Assembly: GCA_951406725.2 (NCBI GenBank)
Contig: OX597823.1
Coordinates: 8,556,001 to 8,620,000, forward strand
Source: Octopus vulgaris
Taxonomy: Eukaryota
Direction of reading: 5' to 3'
Length of the DNA: 64,000 nt
Below are positions 55,295 through 64,000 of the stretch, piece after piece. The notes under the pieces are model-generated. The model ran no database searches. It was given only the letters and a program-made list of their open reading frames with translations, and was not told the origin of the DNA. Numbering within the stretch: position 1 is the stretch's first letter; each line of letters starts with the position of its first letter. Position numbers and translations under genes: made by a program.

Positions 55295-57052
55295 TATATA
55301 TAACGGAGTTATTGGCGTGGGATTATCAATATGGGCAAATATGTCATAAGCTCTATGTTGGCACACCAGGCTAACAGTAATCTTTAGATTAGTAAAGATC
55401 TACAAGTACATCCGTGGTTGTGTTCCTGTCAAACTGGTTTATACACAGAGTGTGTTGTATATGTATGCATATATCCTATAATAATCTCACTATGTAATTG
55501 TGTCACATAATAATGTGATACGTAATGTATATAATAACATACAGCTACTAAACAGTTACTAAGGGAATATAATACATTGTAATAAATAACAATGTATTAT
55601 ATCGAATAGTCTCAATGTTTAAGTTAATATATTGTAATTGATATTCACAGTGTAATGTTAAACGCTATAATGATATACTTATTGAGTAATGTTATACATG
55701 GTGTATGCTACGACGTATAATTTCAATAAAATATCTATAGATAAATACTGTTAATTAATATACGGCTCGTAACAAACTTGCTGCAATGGAATTATGCTCT
55801 TGCTTATTAGATTCTTGTGATTTCTCATCTAACAGGCCATTAAAGGTACTCCATCCGTGACCATCCCTTCTTTTGTTTAGATATAGCATTTCTGTGTTTG
55901 CATTAACTCATGTGCTGTCGGTGTTATGTTGTTTTTGGTTCCAGTTTGATCCTGATGGGGCCGATCTATGAACAAATACATTCCAAGCATGACTCGGATA
56001 GAGTATGCTTAACACAGCGTCACCGAAATGTAAAACTTCCCTTTGAAGACGACAGAATATAATCAGGTCTTGATACTGCATCTAGCAACTGTAGTTGTCT
56101 TTAGAGATTGGCCTGGCTTGATCATGTAATCGTATTATCAGAGAAAATGCTGTTCTGATCATCGAATACTATTGTCAATATGTCTACAACTGTATAGGCG
56201 AATATTTCCATCTTTTTATTTAAAAAAATGCGATGTGGTTTAATTGGAGGTGGGTACCGTTTTTGCTGACATCTTATCAAGAGCGCACCAGTCTGATTAC
56301 ATCAAAGGAAAATGTGACATTGTTCGAAGCAGATCCAGCTGGCTTCTTTGGATGTTTCCTAACCCAGTGTGAGTGATGTGTTAATCACTTTGAGCCAGAG
56401 ACAGGGACAAGCAATGTGGTGGAAACACCACTCGTCACCTGCTCGTCACCCCATTCTATTTCCTCAAAATTGAATCCATAACATAAGAGATGTTATACAT
56501 TTAATATTGACCAAGAATTTTACTAAATTTAATATTCCGCCTGACAAGATTCTCATCAAATTTTAAAATGTTTGCCTTCCAATGGTATATAGCCTTCTCA
56601 AAGAAAAAAAAATGCCCAGTAAAATGTTATCAGCCGAGCAGGTGCGCGCTCTTAACCATTATCTAAATGTCTGGGAATTGACTCTACGTGAAACTCATAC
56701 GAGTGAGCAATGTCCAGAGTTGACTCTTCGGCTGGTGTTTCTGTTATTGTCCAGATTTTCAATTATTTATAATAACTGCTTTAATGTTAATTTGAAAAGT
56801 AATATTTTATTTATATATAATTGATTAATTTCAAACAAAGTACTTAGCGCACGTCTACCTCCGTAATGAACGCAGTAACCGATCGATAATTTTATGGAAT
56901 TCCAAGTTTGTAACCAAATTTTAGAAGTGAAAGTAGCAGTATTACTAAATTTGAATAAAAATATGTCACCATAGCCTCCGTGAAAACATCTGCGGCAGCC
57001 GGTCACAATATATATGTATACGTACTTATATGCATATATATGTATGTATATG

Positions 57053-57184
<132 letters not shown>

Positions 57185-58193
57185 CATATATGCATAAACA
57201 CACGCACATATGCATACACGAAATATATATATATATATATAAGTGAATATATTTGTATGAAATCAATATTAATTTTTTGCTATTATATTTATGAGGTCGT
57301 TGCAATAAAGTTGTCTTAATGGGAGCGACGCTAATACAAGAATGCTTGTATTCTGAGAGATGATTTATTTAGAAGAATGCAAAAAGGAAAAAAAAAAAAG
57401 ACTAAAAATCGCATTTTTACATACTTCGAAACTTTATATTCATTGGTTATTAAAGAAAAAAAGACACACACGTACACACACAAACACACACACACACACG
57501 CACAAAAAGTCAACAACAAACAATAAGTTGATAAAAATTCATTTAGTCTTCTCAAATGCGATAATTCATGATATGGTTATTACTTTATTAAATCTTTTTT
57601 TTTTTCTCGCATTTCTATTAACGGTAAAAATCTATTGAAAACAAAGATTTGTTTGTTTGCTTATTTCTCACTTCTCACTTCAGTTTTTGTTTTCTAAAGC
57701 GATTTTGCAAAAGAAAATATAGCTGTAATAATTCTTTCTTTCTGAGAGGAAACGAAGAAAAACTATATCAACAAAGAAAAATCATTAATAATGATAACAC
57801 TTTTTCCTTCTTCCCGAATTCGGGGGCGGGGAAAGAAAGAAAGAAAGAAAAAAAGTAAACAACAGCAAATAAAAAAAGGACAGGATAAATCTTGGAATTT
57901 ATCGAACGATCAAGCGGTAGACGCATTTTGTGGTATATTTTTGAAAAACAAAATGGTCCAGAATATCATATAGAAATATTATTTGGAATATGGTAAGATG
58001 AACAGAATATGAATAAAAATATGTTATATTATACTGGTATAGATGCTGAGAATGAAGACTTTATGTTATTGAAGAAAGTATCTGACTCTGTTCCCCTGAC
58101 TGCCTGCTGTTTTAAAACCAATATTTAATTCTGTCGCAGACATTCACTAAACAATGCAGAATTATTTCCATGCATTTTTATATGAATTTGCTA

Positions 58194-58290
58194 CAGAATT
58201 TATATTCTTGCCATTACTTTCTTCAGAATTTATATTCTTACTCTTACTTCCCGCAGAATTTATATTTGTACCATGAATTTCTTCCAAGTT
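58194..58290. repeat. Degenerate ~30-bp minisatellite
   Basis: cagaatttatatt recurs at ~30-bp spacing. Confidence 0.65.
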
Positions 58291-58633
58291 TATAATCCTA
58301 CCGTGATATTCATGAAAGATTAACTACTGCAAACCACGACACATGCATTAGCTTATGCTCTTTGCAGCACTTCGCAGTACTTCGCAGTAACATCTTATTC
58401 TCGGAACACATTATGAATGGGAAACGTTAAGTTAAGTTTATGTATCAATATGATAAACTGGAATAGTTAAACCTATGAGAACATAATGTATGAGGTAGAA
58501 GTGATAACGGAGAGGTGATATATGTCAATATGAGCAGATTTACATCAGCATGTAATGGTATATATCTGGTAGCACACACTGTTAAATTGAAAGAATGAAC
58601 AAAAAGGATACAACAGGCACTACAGACAAAGAG

Positions 58634-58697
<64 letters not shown>

Positions 58698-58700
<3 letters not shown>

Positions 58701-58860
58701 GGAGTAAACACATAAATGTGAAACAAGGTGGAAAAAAGAGTACTCAAATACCAGTGGTAGAGTAATATGCTTTATTTAAAGCAGCAAAAACTGTCCGATG
58801 AACGGCAACGGGAAACTCAGAGTAACAGGTTTTGTTGAATTTTCTGCTGCTTTAAATAAA

Positions 58861-58862
<2 letters not shown>
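58698..58862. mobile_element. Short non-coding hammerhead-bearing repeat in (TA)n; relatives at 28548-28625, 41855-41935 and 43966-44149
   Basis: gagtaaacacataaatgtgaaacaaggtggaaaaaagagtactc is shared; internal inverted repeat ctttatttaaagcagca/tgctgctttaaataaag. Confidence 0.85.
58791..58828 (+). ncRNA. Minimal type I hammerhead-like motif (U4C variant)
   Basis: ctgt-CCGATGA-acg-gcaa-cgg-GAAA-ctc-a-gag-TA-acag; the 43990-44015 copy shows a fully paired stem II (acg-ggaa-cgt). Confidence 0.65.
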
Positions 58863-58959
<97 letters not shown>

Positions 58960-59028
58960 TATATACATACACACATGCAAACACACACACATAAAAGTGC
59001 AGGAGTGGCTGTGTGGTATGTAGCTTGC

Positions 59029-60980
59029 ATACTACTAAGTTGTTGATGCGTTTGTTCTACGCCAAGAAAGTAACGTCGTTTGACATTGAAATATTGAACA
59101 TATGAAGTACGACGAAAGGGCATTTGTTTTTTTGGGGGCTCAGTGGGAATTTTTTTTCCTTATTGTTTATTATTTTTTGTCGGAGAAGGGTCTCCACTGG
59201 GTTCCAGACATTTGTTTGCCAGTGGTCGTACTAAAAGACTCACTTTTTAGTGAGAATTGTGTGTGAATGCGGGAGGAGTGTCCCTCCTTTAATTTATGAT
59301 TTTATGTGACTGTGTACACTTCGCAGATGTTGTTATTTGGAGTACAACCAGAATTGGAGAAATCTTTGCTGCTATTTTTGTGCTGCAAGCGATTTTTAAC
59401 TGTGCTACAAAGGATTACCAGAGTTGAATTTTGTTGTCTTCCTTCGTTCTTTTTCTCTTGTCTGTCTTTCTGCTCTTTTTTGTGTTTGCATTAGAGACTT
59501 TTATTTCGAAATTTTTGATTTTGTTATGGACATTTATATTTTAGTTTATTTTATTAATGGCAATCAAATGTAAGAAAGCCTTCGAGTAGCGAATTGTGGC
59601 CCCCAAGGAGTCGCTAAAATACTATGATGAGAGAATGGTGGTGTTGCGGAACTATTGCAAGGTCCGCGACACCATCTGTGTATTCTTTCAGACTGAAATT
59701 GAAAAAGAGTTGGCGGGGTTGGCGCCAACTCATAAGTTCATCCGAAGGGGTGCAAAGTACGCAACGGTGTGCGTGCTGTTTGATACCCCTACGGAGGCTC
59801 AGAAATTTTCGAGCCAACCTATAGTTAGGAGGAAGATTTTGTTTCTCCCCACTTATGGTGGACGTAAATTGACAAGAGCCTGAGTGTGTGGGCTGCCGTC
59901 CGGTGTAGAGGCTGGATGGATAGAAGATTCTCTCCGTCGAGGCCTGAGTGGTGGCCCTGCCAGGCTCTTGAATGTAAAAATACTGCCTGCGGTCGATTGG
60001 GTCGAGTCAAAAGCAATTTTAACCCTATGGGCCCAATCGGCTGGAGATCTGGTTTTACCAGATTTTTTGACAATGACTGATTCCAGGAACCCGGTGATCA
60101 TTGAGGGACGTTCCTCCAAGTGTCACCTGTGCCTGGAATCAAGGCATATGAAGAATAACTGTTGCCGAAACCAGGCGAAGGTCCTGGAACAGTTGATTGA
60201 TGATGAATGTAATCCCCCTGTTACCCCCAATGGAACCTCCTGCTCCTTCGTTGGAGGGAGAGAGGGAGAAAGTCGAGGAGGAAGTAACCTCCTCGAGAAA
60301 AGGTACTAAGAGAAAGAAGGTGGGCAACAATGGTTGCCTACGATGTACCCTGAGGTGGCGGGAGGGGAGGAGGGACTTCCGGACATGTTGGAGGAACTCC
60401 ACCATCCCGTCGCAAAGGGGAAAAAAGAAGAAAAAGAAAACCGGGGCATTGCCGGCGACGGCATATCCCGATACTCCTTCAGTGGGATGTGTGCCATCGG
60501 AGGGGGAGAAGAAGGAAACCTTGTTAGTGGGATGCATGCTACTGAGCGAGGTATTTGAGGTCCCCCTCAATGAAGGTGACGAAGAATTTGTATTCCTCAA
60601 TCGCAGGGGAGTGGCGATAGTGGAGTATGTGGAGTATAATCTTGATAGTCGGGTTCTGATGAACCCGATTTTTATTGACAGTCCAGAGTGGCCTTCGCAG
60701 GTGACTGCACTGGGACTGGAAAGAAAAGATATTTTTCCACAGGTCAAGATCCTTCCCAAAGGAGGACTACTGATTACTTTTTTTTTGCTCTGATTGGTGT
60801 TTTTAGGAATACCTGAAGGCCGCAGAAGAGTTAGTTGAGGCAGTAATGTAAGACGTTTATCGCCTCCATATGTATGTGTATAAATTTTGTTTCCTTTGTG
60901 ATGGACTTCTAGTCCAATTTTTTGTATATATTTGTAAGAGGTTTAATACCTCTATATATGTTGTTTTTTTAATGAATAAT
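59029..60980 (+). mobile_element. ORF1-only L1/Tx1-like element inserted in a SINE head
   Basis: Disrupted ORF 59596-60309 with CCHC knuckle CHLCLESRHMKNNC and no RT; flanked by a 27-bp direct repeat (59002-59028 / 60981-61007). Confidence 0.7.
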
Positions 60981-61351
60981 GGAGTGGCTGTGTGGTAAGT
61001 AGCTTGCTAACCAACCACATGGTTCCGAGTTCAGTTCCACTGCGTGGCACCTTGGGCAAGTGTCTTCTGCTATAGCCCCGGGCCGACCAATGCCTTGTGA
61101 GTGGATTTGGTAGACGGAAACTGAATGAAGCCTGTCGTATATATATGTACATATATATGTATGTGCGTGTATGTGTTTGTGCGTCTGTGTTTACGTCCCC
61201 GTCACTTAGCGGTTCGTCAAAAGAGACCGATAGAATAAGTACTGGGCTTACAAAAATAAGTCCCGGGGTCGATTTGCTCGACTAAAGGCGGTGCTCCAGC
61301 ATGGCCACAGACAAATGATTGAAACAAGTAAAAGAGTAAAAGTAAAGAGTA
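60981..61351 (+). mobile_element. Main SINE body with an internal deletion; its 5' end lies at ~58996-59028
   Basis: Nearly identical to the other copies. Confidence 0.92.
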
Positions 61352-61504
61352 ATGCTTTAGAGAAGCAGAGGTTCGACGGGCGCTTTCTGTCTTCTCCCAT
61401 CTTTATTATCTTGCATTATTATCATTCGTCTCATTAATGTCCGTGTCCAGCCCGCAAAGCTACATACATATTTGTGTACTGCCTTTATGGCAAATGATAT
61501 AAAA

Positions 61505-61972
<468 letters not shown>

Positions 61973-62072
61973 AAATACATACACACACACGCGCGCACAC
62001 ACACACATACGCACGCACGCACACACACACACATACACACACATATATATATATACATATATACATACATAT

Positions 62073-62119
<47 letters not shown>

Positions 62120-62285
62120 TCCATATATATATATACATATACATACATACATTTATATATACATATGTATATATATATATATATACATATGTATATATAT
62201 ACATATATATATACTTATACATATGAAAACATACATATATACGTTATGTATATGTATACATACATGCATGTACATATATATATAA

Positions 62286-63965
62286 TTCCCGGACATCGCG
62301 GGCGGCCTGTATCTTGACGATTGTCTGTTTTACCTGCAAAACTCCACGAACAGAATCGTGCAGAAAACTAAAAATAGGTTAGCTAGGTTCCTTAATAGAA
62401 TGGGCATGAATATAGTTGTTGATAATGAACTTACTAAGGCTAATTTCCTAGACGTCACACTAAACCTCCATAGCGATTCATACTGCCCTTACCATAAGCC
62501 TTCCACTAATTTAAAGTATGTCAGTGTCTTCTCCAATCATGCCAAAACTATAACAGACAATTTGGTTAAAAATATCTCTCTAAGATTGTCTAATTTGTCC
62601 GCTAGTGTCGACATTTTTATGCAGAAAGCGGAATTTTATAACGCCGCACTATCCAAAGCCGGTTATAGGCAGAAGGTAGTATATATTGATCCAGCCCTTC
62701 TGATGCCACCATTCGGTCATCAGGATAGGGCCGTCTATAATAACATAAATAATTTAAGTAGTGATGGGAGCAGGGGGAGTGTTGGAGCAGGTACTTCTGG
62801 ATTTAATTTAGGGAACATAGATAATTTACGGTCCGGGGGAGTTCATACTAAACCAAAACCTTTTATTCAACCTAGAAACACCCACCTTAATGTCAGAGCT
62901 GGCTCCCCGACCCATCACAAAAATAGGAATAAACATATTTCGTTTGTAATTCCGTTTGGTAAGCAGATTAGAACTAATCGTCCCCTCCTGTTTCGCCAAG
63001 CCATTGCCAGTAACTTTCCCAGGAATTCCAAATATTACTCCACGGTTAACTCACATAAAGTTAGGATTGCTTTCTCCAACACAAAAAACCTTTCCCAGAT
63101 AATCGCCTCCCATAATAATAGGCTGCTTATTAAGACCCTATCACCATTGTCTGGAGGCGCAGCTCCGTCTAATTCCAGTTTAACGCGCAGTAGGAATAAT
63201 AATAGTAATAATGATAAAAGAGCCAGTACAGTGACTGGGAATCTCCGTACTAACCAGGGAGTAAATAATAGGATTAACGATAGAAGAAATGGTGATGATA
63301 ATAACGTTAGTAATGGTAATAGGGAGGTGAGCGCAGTTCGGGTCATTAATGTAGAGAGTCCTAATAGCAACTTTAGCAACGTTTCCGACAATAGTTGGTC
63401 CACGGATACTAGCAATCACAGCGTTCTCAGTGATAGGGAATACACGGGGGATAGTCCGTTAATTAGTATTGATAACGAGGAGTATAATGTAGTAGGCGGC
63501 CGCAGTTCTCACAGTCATTATAGTAATAAGAACGCAGTATTAATATCAGAAGCAAATCCCAATAGAATAAGGTTCTTGTCTAGTAACTCCAAGATCAGAA
63601 ATGCCATTTACCAATGCAATGTTTACACGGATTCGGATGTCTACTCGTATGTCGGAGCCTCATCGTCAAAATTGGCCTTGAGAATATCGAACCATTTCGC
63701 AACTTTTCGCGACGTTAATAAATACCAAGCTACAGGACTTAGCAAACTTATCTGGCGTTTGAAGAACGCGAATTCAGTTTTTAGGCCGGAATGGTCGGTT
63801 TTGTCGGTGGCCCTCCCGTTTGATAGAGGCAGAAGGATATGTAATCTTTGTAACTCTGAGCTTTTCCACATATTGTTCGCCAGAGGCCGTTTGGTAAACG
63901 GGCTTTTACAGACTGCTTTTCGATGTCCCCATTGGCGGCGTCATACGTTTCTTACATATAAATGA
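62286..63965 (+). CDS. Penelope-like element (Naiad-like) ORF: RT C-terminal part + GIY-YIG endonuclease, 5'-truncated
   Basis: Frame extends upstream of the ORF call to GGLYLDDCL; [17 protein letters not shown]; AIYQC...YVG...[26 protein letters not shown]. Confidence 0.88.
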   Translation, partial: FPDIAGGLYLDDCLFYLQNSTNRIVQKTKNRLARFLNRMGMNIVVDNELTKANFLDVTLNLHSDSYCPYHKPSTNLKYVSVFSNHAKTITDNLVKNISLRLSNLSASVDIFMQKAEFYNAALSKAGYRQKVVYIDPALLMPPFGHQDRAVYNNINNLSSDGSRGSVGAGTSGFNLGNIDNLRSGGVHTKPKPFIQPRNTHLNVRAGSPTHHKNRNKHISFVIPFGKQIRTNRPLLFRQAIASNFPRNSKYYSTVNSHKVRIAFSNTKNLSQIIASHNNRLLIKTLSPLSGGAAPSNSSLTRSRNNNSNNDKRASTVTGNLRTNQGVNNRINDRRNGDDNNVSNGNREVSAVRVINVESPNSNFSNVSDNSWSTDTSNHSVLSDREYTGDSPLISIDNEEYNVVGGRSSHSHYSNKNAVLISEANPNRIRFLSSNSKIRNAIYQCNVYTDSDVYSYVGASSSKLALRISNHFATFRDVNKYQATGLSKLIWRLKNANSVFRPEWSVLSVALPFDRGRRICNLCNSELFHILFARGRLVNGLLQTAFRCPHWRRHTFLTYK

Positions 63966-64000
63966 TACCTAAGACAATTAACACCTTGATACCCTATTAA

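Noticed and set aside
57815-57835. GC-box-like gggggcgggg as a promoter
   Set aside because: A single short motif with no supporting gene or CpG island
58194-58290. Regularly spaced short repeats resembling a CRISPR array
   Set aside because: Degenerate tandem minisatellite with no unique spacers and no cas genes, in a eukaryotic context

Overview
AT-rich, microsatellite-saturated eukaryotic DNA, either intergenic or intronic. The SINE families and repeat landscape suggest an Octopus (coleoid cephalopod) genome; this is an inference from recall, not a search result. I found no supportable host protein-coding exon, and most ORFs in the track are translations of (TA)n, (CA)n, (TATG)n or (TAG)n repeats. 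The window is a mosaic of transposons: a near-complete CR1/L2-group LINE (38.2-41.8 kb) plus fragments; many tRNA-derived SINEs; several Tc1/mariner relics; RTE and Helitron remnants; an ORF1-only Tx1/L1-like element inserted into a SINE head with a 27-bp duplication; and two Penelope-like (PLE) coding fragments, one Naiad-like with RT and GIY-YIG. The most notable signal is at least four or five unrelated short non-coding families sitting in (TA)n tracts. Each carries a type I hammerhead ribozyme fold (one canonical core, the rest core variants), and several show tandem plus inverted arrangements typical of PLE pseudo-LTRs or retrozymes. The main SINE and the CR1/L2-group LINE also share a 3' end in which a hairpin is kept by compensatory changes.
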